A DNA stretch of 64,000 nucleotides, from contig OZ076409.1 of NCBI GenBank assembly GCA_964187785.1, forward strand, positions 66,218,001-66,282,000, in the 5' to 3' direction. Below the pieces are notes generated by a model. The model had not been told where the DNA came from. It saw only the letters and a list, made by a program, of their open reading frames with translations, and searched no databases. Below, in pieces: positions 13,496 through 26,212 of the stretch; the first letter of the stretch is position 1, and the number at the start of each line of letters is the position of its first letter. Position numbers and translations under genes: made by a program. The DNA comes from Amphiscolops sp. MND2022. Taxonomy: Eukaryota.

Positions 13496-13616
13496 TTAGT
13501 AAAAAATCACTAAGAGCACTAAGCAAATTCACTAAGAGCATGATGTTTTAAGTGTAGCCTTATTTGCTTAGTGAAAAATATATGCTCTTAGTGAATTTAC
13601 TTAGTGATTTTACTAA
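13496..13616. repeat. Imperfect ~120-bp palindrome built of CACTAAG/CTTAGTG units
   Basis: TTAGTAAAAAATCACTAAG..CAAATTCACTAAGAGCAT (13496-13541) versus ATGCTCTTAGTGAATTTACTTAGTGATTTTACTAA (13582-13616). Confidence 0.8.
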
Positions 13617-13686
13617 GGAAATTACTAAGAAATCAGATCCATTATTTTTAATAATTTATATATTATTTAATTATATTTAAGTATAT

Positions 13687-14127
13687 TTAATTACTTTTAC
13701 TAAACCTGATTGCTTGATCAATTGTAATTTTCTTAAATTCAACTTTAAGTTGATCTGAAATTAATGGTTGTTGCATGCGTTCAACGTAGTTGTCTATTTT
13801 AGATTCATTCACTTTTATTTTATTTTGTTTACAATAATATACATAATAATAAGCTAGATTAAAAGGTGTTATTTCAATTGTTTGATCTGACATATCTTCT
13901 AGGAATATTTTAAGTTTATTATATTCTTCACCTGTGAAGAAATAACTTTCATATTTTACATAATCTTCAGGACTCCATTTATGTTTAGTTGTATCGTAGA
14001 CTAGTTGGTATTTGTGGTTGAGTATTTTATACTTTTGTGATCTAGTATCAAATTCAATTACACCAAATTCTAATTGGTCACGATATTGTTTCCAATTAAG
14101 TTGTTTGATACTATAACAACTCATCAT
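13687..14127 (-). CDS. Polinton hypothetical protein (probably 5'-disrupted)
   Basis: 146-aa ORF inside the TIRs; no motif recognised. Confidence 0.5.
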   Translation of the reverse strand: MMSCYSIKQLNWKQYRDQLEFGVIEFDTRSQKYKILNHKYQLVYDTTKHKWSPEDYVKYESYFFTGEEYNKLKIFLEDMSDQTIEITPFNLAYYYVYYCKQNKIKVNESKIDNYVERMQQPLISDQLKVEFKKITIDQAIRFSKSN

Positions 14128-14358
14128 TGTTTCGAAAAATGTATCTGGATTATTTATTGTGATATATAACTTAAAACAATTTTCTCTAACAACAGGTAGA
14201 ACATCCTTTGATTTTAAATCCCTCGAATTGTTTTAGTTTTTGGTATAATTTTTCATAATGTCCAGGTCTAATATAATACCAATAAATATATAAAACTATA
14301 ATAAAAATTACACATAAGAAACATATATATAATTTTTTATTCATTTTTTAAGAAATAA

Positions 14359-15219
14359 ATGAGTGAAAAGAAGAAAGAAATTGCTAAAGAAATGTTTTCT
14401 CCTGAAATTAAAAAGTTTGATCGCATTAAAATAATTCCCCATTATAAAGATGAGTGTTGGAGTATCGATCTGATAGACAGGTCTAGCTTATCAAAATATA
14501 ATAAAAACTACAAGTTTATTTTTACAATAATTGACAATCATACTAAATACGCATGGGCCATTCCTCTTAAAGACAAATCAGGGAAAAGTACAACGAATGC
14601 ATTGAAAAATCGTATTGAAAAAGCAAAAAGAAAACCTGATAAAATTTGGTCAGATAGAGGTAAAGAGTTTTATAATAAAACATTTTTGAATTTCTTAAAA
14701 GAACAAAATATTCATATTTCTTCAACTAATTCAGATTCAAAAGCTGTTTTTGTTGAACGATTCAATAGAACCTTATTAGATCTAATAAAAAAACCAATGT
14801 ATATTGAAGGTAAAGCTTGTTGGATGAATCACCTTGATGCTGCTTTGGAAAAATATAATAATCGTGTCCATGGAACAACAAAAATGACACCATTTGAAAA
14901 GGTTACCAATACTAATAAAATTATCAATATTAAAATTAATAAAAATGAAAAAATACCCAAATTCCAAGTGGGAGACTATGTAAGAGTTCCTGATAAACGC
15001 AATTTATATAGTAAAGGTTATACAACAAATTGGAATAGAGAACTTTTTAAAATACATAAAATTAATCCAACTAACCCAGTTACGTATGGTGTAGTAGATG
15101 AAAGCAACGAACAAATAGAAGGAAAATATTATGAACAAGAACTTTTAAGAAGTGTATTCAATTTCAAATCTAACAACAAAACGTTAGAAAGTATGAAAAT
15201 TTTCCATCAAAATGAGTAA
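14359..15219 (+). CDS. Polinton retroviral-type (RVE) DDE integrase
   Basis: WSIDLID, IDNHTKYAW, IWSDRGKEF, AVFVERFNRTL, KFQVGDYVR, KGYTTNW; frame intact. Confidence 0.95.
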   Translation: MSEKKKEIAKEMFSPEIKKFDRIKIIPHYKDECWSIDLIDRSSLSKYNKNYKFIFTIIDNHTKYAWAIPLKDKSGKSTTNALKNRIEKAKRKPDKIWSDRGKEFYNKTFLNFLKEQNIHISSTNSDSKAVFVERFNRTLLDLIKKPMYIEGKACWMNHLDAALEKYNNRVHGTTKMTPFEKVTNTNKIINIKINKNEKIPKFQVGDYVRVPDKRNLYSKGYTTNWNRELFKIHKINPTNPVTYGVVDESNEQIEGKYYEQELLRSVFNFKSNNKTLESMKIFHQNE

Positions 15220-15236
15220 ATATATTTAAATAAATA

Positions 15237-15959
15237 ATGTCATTTCATAAATTTGGTTATAGTGCCGAAAGCTTACAAAAAGATAAGATTGAGAATTTAG
15301 AAAAAGAATTCGAATCACAAACCAAATTAATCAACATAAAACTTAATGATATGCAAAGCACCATTAGTGGTATTTCTGACAAATTAGGAAACATTGAAAA
15401 CCTACAAAGTGTACAAGAAATTAATTTTGATGATGGTGAAACCAAGGTAGTAGTCAATGCAAAGTTATCCTTAGACATAAATAAAAATATAGAAGACTTG
15501 AAAATCAACCTGAAATACTTAGAACAAGATGTTTAAAATAAAGTTTTAGAAAAGAAAAAATAAATAATTTTGGATGCTGCCAAGTTAGTGGAAGAACAAC
15601 AAACCATTTTACGTAATCACTTTGAACGAAACCTGATTTCAGAATTGGAAAAATGTAAAAATCAAGCAGTCAAAGATACTATTCAATTACTATACAACAA
15701 AGGATTGTTTGACTCATTTGAAAATAAAGACCAAATCTTTAATGAGTACTTATATTTTAGTGATTAATACTTGTTGGAAAAATACGGAAGAGAATTAAAG
15801 ACATCAGATGGTGTGTATTATTTATCTGATTTAGACTATTCAACGCGAGAAGATATTTTGAAGTGCTTAAAAATAGATGAATACAACGATATAGTTGATC
15901 TTAAATATAGAATGAAATTAACCGATACTGAGATTAATTTTGTACTTTTTGAAGAGTGA
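15237..15959 (+). other. Cluster of three short Polinton ORFs (15237-15536, 15570-15767, 15771-15959), possibly fragments
   Basis: Same strand, closely spaced, coiled-coil-like; no motif recognised. Confidence 0.4.
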
Positions 15960-16001
15960 ATACTTTGTTTAAAAAAAAAACCAAGTTTTTAATAAAAATA
16001 A

Positions 16002-16534
16002 ATGAGTGAAAAATTGTACCCATGTTTACAACCAAGTGATAGTCTCGATTTGCGATTGAAAGAATAAATAGTTTCAATATTTCAATTCAAAATATAAAAG
16101 AGATTCAAAATGTTTATAATCATGAAGCTAAAAAGTATAAAAAGAAATCAAAAATATACAAGCTTATAAATTGTTTAATTCAATCTATTGATGGAGTTTT
16201 ATCATTGGGTGTTTCTTCAACTGCTATCACATTAAGTGTTACCGGAGTTGGACTTATTGTGGTACCCATCGCGAGTGGTATAGGTGCAGGAGTATCCATA
16301 ATCAGTGAAATTCTTAACGAATACCTGAAAAGAAAAGAACAACACAATATTAAAAAATATACTCTTGCTGGTAGAACACTACACGACTACCAAAAACTAC
16401 ATTCAAAATGTTTAGAAGACAATAAAATTGATCTGAATGAATACAACAAATTAAAACAAACTTACGATGTGTATAAAAACAATAAAACTAAACTAAATTC
16501 GAGTTTACTTTTTGAGGATAAATTCTTTAAGTAA
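16002..16534 (+). pseudogene. Polinton membrane-associated protein with Gly-rich hydrophobic hairpin, frameshifted
   Basis: MSEKLYP..LRLKEI start, then GVSSTAITLSVTGVGLIVVPIASGIGAGVSII and C-terminal KCLEDNKIDLNEY; located just upstream of the MCP. Confidence 0.6.
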
Positions 16535-16582
16535 AAATAAAATCAGTATAAAATTTAAATCCTAATTTTTATTCCTATTTAA

Positions 16583-17789
16583 ATGGAATTATTTTCTTTG
16601 AAAAATAAATACGCTATGGATAAACCTATTCATAAAATTGATTTCATTAGATACTCACCTAGTAGTTTAGCTACAATTAATAATAGTAGTTCAAATATTT
16701 CCATCATCTTCCTAAGAGAAGATGCATATATTTGTTAACAAAACTCATATATATCATTAGAATTTGAAGTTCTCAAAAATGATGATACAAGATATGCAGA
16801 TGGTGATCAAATAAGCTTGGTCAATTTTGGGCCCGTTGCTTTATTTAGTGAAGCTAAGTTAACTACTAGTTCGGGCAAGCATTTAGAAAAAGTTGATAAT
16901 CTACAGCCAATTTCATTGATGTATAAACTTTTAACATCTAATCAACAAACAAGTCAATTGATGTACGGATTTGAAGAATCACAAGCAACTAGAAGACAAG
17001 AACTAACAAACAATAAAACAGAAAAAGGAACCTTTTTTGTGAGAATAAAATTAACTGATATATTTGGATTTGCTGATCAAGAAAAAATAACTTATGGATT
17101 GGGTTATACTCTAACTTTAAAACGAAATAATAATAATGATCCTATCATCAGGGACAATGGTGTAGATGCTGCAAAAATAAATATAAAAGACATCTCCTGG
17201 CATATTCCACACTATGTTCCTAGCTTAGAAAACCAGCAAGTCGTGATGGATCAAATATTAGACAAAGATCCAACTGAATTATATTACATGGAACGGATTG
17301 TTTTTTAGAAAAGATGTTAACACGAATAACAATTGGACATTTGAATTAGGCAGCAGTTTTATAATTGTTGGATTTCAAGCTAGAAATAGAATTGATTCAC
17401 AAACACATGATAATGCAATATTTGATCGTTTACCTGTTTCAAATGCAGTTTGTAAAATAGGATCAGAAAAATATCCCGATGATGGAATAGAATGTGATTA
17501 TGATAGAGACAAATATGATCAAGCATATAGTGAAATTGAAAACTTTTATTTGTTAAAAAGTGAAACTAATCTACTTAATCCATTTATTGATTTGCGCAAA
17601 TTCAGAACAATTTATAATTTCTATGTATTTGACTTATCAAAACAAAAGGATAATATTGCCAGTCAACCTATTAGATTAGAATTCAAATTTAGTGCTGCCA
17701 TTAATGTAGCAGACTATATAGCTTATGCCCTAACACCCAAACTGATAAGTATCAGCAGTGATGGACAAAGGCATTTTGATTTATTATAA
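16583..17789 (+). pseudogene. Double jelly-roll major capsid protein with one nonsense codon and one frameshift
   Basis: ATG 16583 is in frame with ORF 16817 via TAA at ~16736 (REDAYIC*QNSYISLEF); FGPVALFSEAKL..SGKHLEKV, IIVGFQ, YVFDLSKQ; frameshift in the T run near 17301-17307. Confidence 0.88.
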
Positions 17790-17931
17790 ATAAATATAAT
17801 TTAAATATAATAATACAGCTTTGCTGATATGATAAATAAATTTATAAAAGAATATATTTATTTTTTATAAAATGATAATAATTATAAAACAATAATATAT
17901 TAAATAACTTTATAAAATAATATATTAATTT

Positions 17932-20900
17932 TTATAAAACATGTGCTCGATCACTTATCAACTTCACAAGTTGTTGATGGGTGAGTGCTTGTTTCCAATA
18001 CCAAACACTCCAATATATTTCTTCATCTGTTTTCTTACTACCGTCATCATTTATAGTTAAATCTTTATAATACAAACCAATTAATTTCAAACAATATGTA
18101 CAAGGGCAATCGCCTTTTTGAGTGTGTTTATCCCATGGTAAACTTTGTATTGGATTTATATACAAACGTTTATCATCAAAAGGATTCAAACACAACTTAG
18201 GTTGTTTTTCAACTGTAAGGTTGTGTAAATTAGATCTAATTGATATATTTGTAGAACTTGATGTTTCTGAATTAAACAATGAATTCTGATATTCTTCACA
18301 TTTGGGAGTTTTTTGTATTCCTTTTTGTTTGGCTTTTTGAGTGATACCATTCGGACTATTATAACTAAAAGAATATGACTTTGATCGCAATGCTGTGAAG
18401 GTATCTAACACCAAATTTGGACTTGTTTCAATTTTCATTTTTCCCATAACTTTCTTGTTTATAGGATTATATAATTCATGAGATTTATCCAATTCACTGA
18501 AATCAAATTCATCTTTATTTTGTTGTAAAAAGTTTATTAGTTCTTGGTGGTTTGTATCAAAACTCAGAATAAAACTATCAGTGTCCATGTAGTGTAGTTG
18601 TATGGATTGTTTCCAATATGATTGTAATTTGTTATAATAAAATTCATACATTAATAGTTTACTTAATTCCAACACAGAAAACCCCAAATAAATTGGTTTA
18701 TCAAAGACTGTTTTTTTCTTTATCAAACTTGTACACACTAAACTTAGAATAATGATCCACAATGCCTTTGAAACTTAACTTGGATTGTCTTTTTATTATT
18801 TGATCTATTTGAGAATGATCAATGAATTCTAGATTGGTTCTATCTCTTACATTTTCCATTGTCTTACCAAAGAAAGCATTATTAATTAATTTGTACAAGT
18901 CTTTTTCTAAGTTTGTTTTCGCTACTGTGCGTTTTTGGGTGTTATGATCAATGTATTTTGCTAACCATGGACTTTGCTTGAAGCGGTTGATTGTATGTAT
19001 CTTCGTTACTTTCATCCCTTGGTTAAGATAAAACTTAAACATCCTATAATGTATCATATATTTCGATTTATTGGTTACATCACACATAAGTTTTGATGTT
19101 GGTTTGTAATTAGGTTGATTTATATTATTCATATAACCTGAGAATAAGTTTGGATCTGCTTTTGTTTGATATGGACAAAAAGGAAAGTTTTTTGTTTTTT
19201 CTTTGATTTCAGCTGGATATTCTAAGTTACATTCTATGAAGTATCCATATTCATTATCATCAGGTGTATTGAAAATGTCTTCTTTAATTTCATTCATCAG
19301 TACAGAATCATATTCACAACAGAGCTTTATCTTTTTAAAGTCTCCAGTAGGAAGGTATTGACTCATTGCCCATCCATATAGATTATTTGCATCGATATAT
19401 AAGATTTGTTTATTTTCATCAGATTGCACGTGACGATCACCCATAACACTTGAAATTCCTCCACGTATATTGTTTTCTAAAAGTAATAATAACTCTTTAC
19501 ATTTTATATAATCTAATTCAATATTAGTCAACTTCAATCCTGCTTTCCATGTATAACCAGGTAGAGAGTAACTATACAAAGGATTAATTTTATATTCTCG
19601 TGTAGAACTTTCCACAAAGTTTTCAAATACATCAGCTAATTGTAGAACGTCCATTTTCAAATATAACATTGTTAATTCTCTTCCATTTTTAATTTTTATT
19701 TTATCAAGTAATTCTTGGGTTCTTTTTATATCATCATCTGATGGATAAGATTGTGTTAATGTTGACCAATAATCTTCTTTAGTTAATTTTAATGGTTCCT
19801 GAAAGTTATCAAGATTTAAGTATTCATATGGATAAGCTAATTTCTTTTTTGTTAAATCATCACTCATTCCTTCCAATTTCATGATAGAAAAATTGTCTAA
19901 ACTCTTAACTAATTTATCTAAACTGGAAGAAAGAAATCGGTATGAATCTAAGAATCTCAAACAACCTACTTGTACACTAACGTAATTTTCCAGTGATTTT
20001 GGAATTATTTTTGGTTCATACCCCTTTTCGAAAGCTTGTATTAAGAGTTCTTGAAATATAAGATGACAATCATACCCAGAAAAATACAGGAACAAAACTT
20101 GATGACCTTTGTTTACAATTTATGTTACATATATTATGAGCTGCTCCTCTGTATTTTCCTGTTAGATGATCATGATCTCTAACCTTAGTATCATCGGGTG
20201 GATTTTCACAAAGCCAACACTCTTCTGCAAGTTGAAATTGTACTTCTTCTTCTTGACTCATTTCTAATTCTAAAATTGTTTTAAAATATTTTGATGCAAT
20301 TATTTCTAAAGTTAACATTCTGTTCACAAACCACGTGGTACAATCTATTCCAAAGTATGAATAGTAATAATTTCCGAATGGTGAAATTACATAATAGCCT
20401 ACTGCAATTGGAATTTGTTTAAATAATACTTTGGGGTCTTTTTGAGGTTGATTAATACATTCAAAATCTGCATATACTCTTATTGGTACTGGAACTTTCA
20501 TATGATAATCTTCGAACTTTAACTGATCCTTCCAACTGAATGTGATTTTAGTTGGTTGTTGTTTTACACATCTTTCCATATGATCAATAAGAACTGGTTG
20601 TGAACTAAATGCTGTTAAACATCTTCTACATACATGTTTCATATGTGAATCTTTATTTATTAGACAATGCAACCTTGTTATTAGACAATAGTGATTTTGA
20701 TATAATAATAAATCTATTTGTGGTTGTAAGTATTTTTTGTTAACGTGGATTGGTGTTAAAAAATTTCCAGTGAGTTCAAATACATTTATACTTAAATTAT
20801 TTAGGTTTTCGAACTTGGGAATATCTTTAACTTTCATAGGGAACTCTAATCCTTTCAGGTTGAGTTTATTTAAATGAATAATATGTTTTGATATTCTATC

Positions 20901-21671
20901 TTTATGATTCTCAACTGGATACAACTGGGCTAAAATACACCATAAAAAACAATATTGATCATTATTCTTTATATTTATGATTGATTTATTATCCTTATAT
21001 TTTCCTGGTAATTCAATATATGATGAAGCTTGAATATCATTAACTTTATATATTTCTAAAATAACTTCTTCTATTTCTTGAAACACAAAACTTGATCCTT
21101 CTAATTGTTCATCATCTAATTTCTGCATTAATGTGTTATGAGTATCTTGTTGTGTGTTGTTATACGTTAGATCTGATTTTATCCATCTTTTAAATACTTC
21201 TTCTTCTCCATTGACTATTTTTGAAAATTTAGCTAGATAACTCAATTGATATTTATATCGAGGAAAATAATTTTTACTGAGTAATTCATTTATATGGTCT
21301 TCGAGATTACTAATTGGATTTATTTTAAGTTTAATTTATGTATTTTCATTCATAATTATTTCTACTCCATTACCGAAATTTTGCATGTTTTCCCGTTGAC
21401 GGTTTTGTAAATGAATTTCACTTTGGAAATGTCTTGTTGTATCAGATATATATTTACTACAATCTTCACACCAAACACGTCGTTGTTCGGTTTTATTTTT
21501 ATGTTCATCTGAACTTAAATGAGAAATTTTATTCGAGATAGGCATATATAAATTACATTTTTTACAATAATATTGATCTAATTTTTCAAGATGTTTCACT
21601 GATTTTAAATGATCAGACTTGAAAACTTTTTTATAATTTAAATTACAAATACTACAATTCTCCATTTCCAT
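17932..21671 (-). pseudogene. polB: Protein-primed family B DNA polymerase, multiply frameshifted
   Basis: YADFE (Exo I), GYDCH, YIDANNLYGWAM, KLINNAFFGK, YMDTDS. N-terminal Zn fingers, vOTU-like NNDQYCFLWC..NHY, and HNH/EndoVII-like CWLC..RDHDHLTGKYRGAAHNICN insert. Spans ORFs 21336, 20070, 18701 and 17932. Confidence 0.95.
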
Positions 21672-21844
21672 TTATTAAAGAAAAAATAGTTTAATTGAAA
21701 ATTTTTCAATAATAATTTTTCAAAAAATTGGTGAAAAAATAATTTAATTTTGTGGGTTCAATAAAATTTTCTATTTGTAAAATGTGTGTCTTGTTATTGT
21801 CTATAACTTTGTCCCCTGTATCATTGCGTTGCGATAAACCAGTT

Positions 21845-22521
21845 TCGAGAAAATTGAGAAAAACCCAATTTTTACACATGTTTTGATAGGTGGTAATTAG
21901 TGGGTTGATTTTAGAGAAAACATTCAGTAACAAAATTTGTGTAACTTTTATTTATCTACAACTTTAATTCTGTGAATTTTGTCTAAAATTATTTCCCGTT
22001 GAGATATTAAACAAAATATGTTTCCCCCATGTATTAAGATTAGGAATGAACTTTTTCTATATTTAGGTTTAAAAATTTTTCCGGGATATTTGTATCGGTT
22101 TTTTCAAATTTCAGATTTTTATATCGGTTTTTTCATTTGTCTCGGAAAATTCAAATGTCTCGAAAAATTCAACAAGTGACGTTCCACTTGATGTTATTTC
22201 AATACCATATGTTTCCACTTGAATGCTACTTTCATTCCAAAAATTTTTGCTTCACAATTTTTCTCTATTACCATCCATGGCAACATAGAGGTTAGTGAAT
22301 TTTTGCTTCATGACAAAGTTTTCCACTGGAAAAATTTGTGCATCGATTTTTATTTTGTTAAATTTTCAGTTGTGAAAAATAACTAATTTTTAGATGGTTT
22401 GCATTGGTTATTTTTTAACAGTTAGTTGTGAAAAAAAACGTTGATTTTTTTTAAAAAATAATCAACATTTTTTTTAAAGAAAAATATTTGACTGGTCCGA
22501 ATCGGGAATTCGTATACTACT
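21845..22521 (-). repeat. Polinton right terminal inverted repeat
   Basis: Inverted copy of 8615-9305. Confidence 0.9.
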
Positions 22522-23445
22522 CCAACGTGATTGTGCACCGTCTTCGTTTGGCCTGTATTTCCGCTTCGACGTGAGCAGCGAACTGTCGTGTTTTTATCGG
22601 TCGGTGCAAAAGATCGGTCGGTCGGTGGGTGGACTGTGGTATCAGCTAGTCGTGGTTTTCCACAGTACCTGGATTGCTCACTTAAGTCTCACCGCATTTG
22701 ATCATGTACTTATCTAAAGTGGGTAAAATGATCGGATAGTGGATGCGCTTGTCGGATCGTGTGCGGGTTCGACAACCTACGTGCTGGCTGACAACGACGA
22801 TGGAGGGGTCATCGAACAGCAATATTGCGAGGTAAATCAGTTTTTTGAAAAGAGGTGTGCTGGTTCCCGGGAAACTGACCCTGATGTAGACGATGTGATA
22901 TCGCTGTAGTTGTGATTCGCTTTTTGCAGTAGGTGCCGACATTTACGTGGAGTGTTGGAGCTGATGTGTGGAATGTCCATTGTGCGTACCTTACAGTCAA
23001 CTTTCCTGGATGATTCTTCTACAGCACTGGGTTCGGATGTCCTGATCTCGGCATTGAATTTCGTACCCAGTTGGTTTGCTGGTTCGTTCCTCGAACAAAC
23101 TCCTCAGACACTTCGTTCCTCTTTATCTGATGAAGTAAGAGTAAAGCAATGGGACCTGCTGCTCAAGTGAGGATATTGTCTGCCGAAGAAGTGGGGTTGT
23201 CAGGTCCTCCAGTAGACGAGTATCGATCAAAAGTCCTTGCGCAATTGGATTTACTAGAGGCCGTGGCAACTAGTCAGACTCGCTCTGGGAGCCGTCACGT
23301 TGTCAGTCTTACGTTTGGTAGGCTTCCATGTGGATCCCAAGTAGAAGAGCCCCGGAAACAGAGTGAAGTGACTTTACCTCAGCAACAAGGATGCTTATCT
23401 AGTGTCCTCCCTCTGAAAACGTCGCCCCCAAGTCTTTGTGTCTAG
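22522..23445 (+). pseudogene. 3' part of the decayed Zn-finger/hAT-derived gene relic (second copy at 26471-27394)
   Basis: The frame continues across the TSD (SDYDGANVIVHRLR, cf. GGTDIHVVLNHLQ). LELMCGM..LGSDVLISALNFVPSW..LSDEV..EEVGLSGPPVDEYRSKVLAQL resembles LQLVFCL..LPSDVMSCVCAVISSY..LMEEV..DDVGIVAGEDYRLQLYASL of exon 8. Confidence 0.6.
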
Positions 23446-24265
23446 CGGACTTCGGTTACAAGGAAGATATCGTTTCGTACCTCCACGTCAAAGCGTTGGT
23501 CCGATCGATTTGCTCTGGAATCGTCTGGTGAGTCGGAGTGAGTGGCGGTTCAAGAAAGAGGAAAATCATTTGGACTTTCGAAAAACTATGTTGCAGAAAT
23601 TCTTGTTTGCATTTCGAAATTGTATTTGCATTTTTGACTCATTTTGGTTTTATTTTACTTGTGGAGTTCGTTTGCTGACTTTTAGTTTGTAATACATATG
23701 CTTTGCATTTTATTTCATGCTTTTACTAAAGGTGTCTATGTTGGTTTTCATGTGTAAATTTGATTAGTTGAGTTACATGTGTTGTATGTACTGGGAGGCT
23801 AGTCCTGTTCATAGATACTTGGATGCATTAGTATGGTTGATTTTGTTTAGTTTTGTTATAAGGAAGAACATTACGTGCCCACTTGAATTACATTTACACG
23901 GAGGAGCGAAGTTTATGCTTCATCTGAACAGGGGCCGGGTAGTAACTCTGATCTGTAGTTAGCTGATTTTTAATTGCTGACTTGACCTTCGTTTTCTCTA
24001 AACTATCTTAGTTGAATGACGCGGTGTTTAGTAGTTTCCTTTATTGTTGTCATGCTTAGTCACGTTATTTCACTCTACAGACAGAGCGTTTCCGTCCAAT
24101 TCGAAACTAAAATTGCTAGTAGAGAGTCAGATGTATTGCATACTTGATTAGTTTCGTTATTTTCATGTTCTTTTGCATTTAGTTCTGCATGTCTTCATGT
24201 TTTCGTACATGTCGACTATGTAACGTCCGGCATGGCAAAATTTCGATGAAAAATTCGAAAATATG

Positions 24266-26212
24266 TGTCGAAACCCACCGTGTGGGCCGGCTTTGAAGGA
24301 CCTTTCGAGGTTGACTGTCGGTTTTCGGTGTCTGTCTTACTTATGACAGCCATCATTAAGTCCTTCAGTTGACTGAGCTCATTCTGTAGTTCGTTTATCT
24401 TTCTCTCATAACTCTCTTTTATTTCAGATAACTGAGACGAGATATCAGAAACCTCGTTGCTATCAGAGTCATTGGCAGAAGACTGTGCCATGTCTGGATC
24501 CGTTTGAACAGGTGTTTCTAATGAGGAACTAATAACTCTTCCGCTTCTGAGTTCGGTGCCTAGATCTGGGTTCATAGAGGTGGGAGAAAAGGAATTATGA
24601 GTGAAGACTGGATTCTGGATGATTTTTCGATGTATTTTACTATTTTATGCTGTTATTCGAACTCAAATTCACTATTTCTGAACTTGAGATGTAAATGCGA
24701 TGAGTTTTACAGTAAGACAAGGATACTAGTAAAGAATGAGAAATAGTTAACGAGGATTAAGTAGAGTTCATCCAAATTTCATCGAACAGATATCAATCAA
24801 GAAATTACTCAGAGTTGTGGAGGTAGCGTTATTTACGATGAATAAGAGATATGTTTTCTAGTTCAAATCTGTCGTAATTCGTCCAACTGGACGGTAGCTA
24901 ATCGCAATTTCGGTCTGAGTAATCTCTAATGGCGGTCCAAAATTCAGCAGTTCACGTGTCTTTTCAGGCTGGTAAGACGCTAAATCTCTTACCAGCCGAC
25001 TCTTATTGGCTGTTGCCAGTTGGTGCTAATTGGTAAGTCACGTGACCGGTGTTGTGAACTGCCGCAAGTTGGCCAAACCACATGGTACATCTACATATAT
25101 TCATTATGACTAATCATCACTTTACAATGTCGCAATTGCCTGCACACAGCGCCATGGTTTCTATAGCAACTCAAATCATTCAATAATGTACTAATTTCAA
25201 GTCAAAACAGAGTAAACTGCATCACAGGATGAGAAAACGATGTTTTTCCAACTAATTCTAGCACTAAAATCAATACTTCAAAACCAAAGATGGAAACGCG
25301 ATGAATTCGTCAGAATATTTGCTGATTTTCAAGTCTAGTTTAGCTCTGGATGAAAATGCGATGAATGGTGGTCTTTTAGCTCGAAAATCAACACGATATG
25401 AACTGACGATGATAAAAGGATGAACTCGTCTTCAAAATGAATGATTTCCAGCACAATTTAAATCAACGATGGTAAAAGGATGAACTCTCCTCGAAAATAA
25501 CTAATTTCCAGCACTAGTGAAATTGGCGATGAATTCAGGATGAATTCAGCCAATAAAACAGGTGAAACAGCTAATTCTGCAGTAAAGACAAATATACGAT
25601 GACTTTAGGATGAAGACATTCAGTAAAACAGCAAAATCTAATGAATCGAATTCCAACGATGAGTTTAGGATGAACTCAACTGAAAACTCGACTAATTCTA
25701 GCGCAAGTTGAACTAGTGATGAATTTATGATGAATTAGTGATGAGTTAATCTAATAAAACAGATATCCAGCACTTCACTCTTTTTAGGATGAATTAAGGA
25801 TGTACTTTCTCATTCCTTGTAGTTACTAGTCAGGACGATGAAATATAGATGCGTTATGCTCTTTTTAAGAAATGAGAAGCACATTGAAGGTTAATAATCA
25901 CAAAACGACGATGAGTATAGGATGGTTTTCATGCATTTTAAAGTCCCGTGTGATCCGCTGATGGATCACTAGATGAAATCAAATAAATGTCCCAAATTTT
26001 GTTCACCCGCAATCTTGGCGATGTGATTGCGATGAACCTTGATAATATAGCACTGTGATTTCACTAATAGATCAAGTTGTAGGATCACTAAGTCCGCTGA
26101 TGGATTAGTGATGAACTTTTCTGAAAATCGTCACGACTACAAGTCCTGAGGCGAGGGAGCTAGTAGAAGTTACATATTCCATTATTTCTACATCTCTCGG
26201 TCCAGTCTGACC
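24266..26212 (-). mobile_element. Truncated 5' UTR plus gag start of the 17.3-kb Gypsy element (duplicated copy without LTR)
   Basis: Near-identical to 45280-47226; gag is truncated after ~104 codons. Confidence 0.93.

Larger units (their letters stand above)
8615..22521. mobile_element. Polinton/Maverick (adintovirus-like), full length 13,907 bp, pseudogenised
   Basis: Termini AGTAGTATACGAATTCCCGATTCGG...CCGAATCGGGAATTCGTATACTACT; 6-bp TSD CCAACG (8609-8614, 22522-22527); encodes protease, minor and major capsid, packaging ATPase, RVE integrase and pPolB. Confidence 0.97.

Noticed and set aside
22682..23000. Minus-strand ORFs 22682-22942 and 22809-23000 (and their duplicates)
   Set aside because: The homology signal is on the + strand relic; these ORFs have no support.
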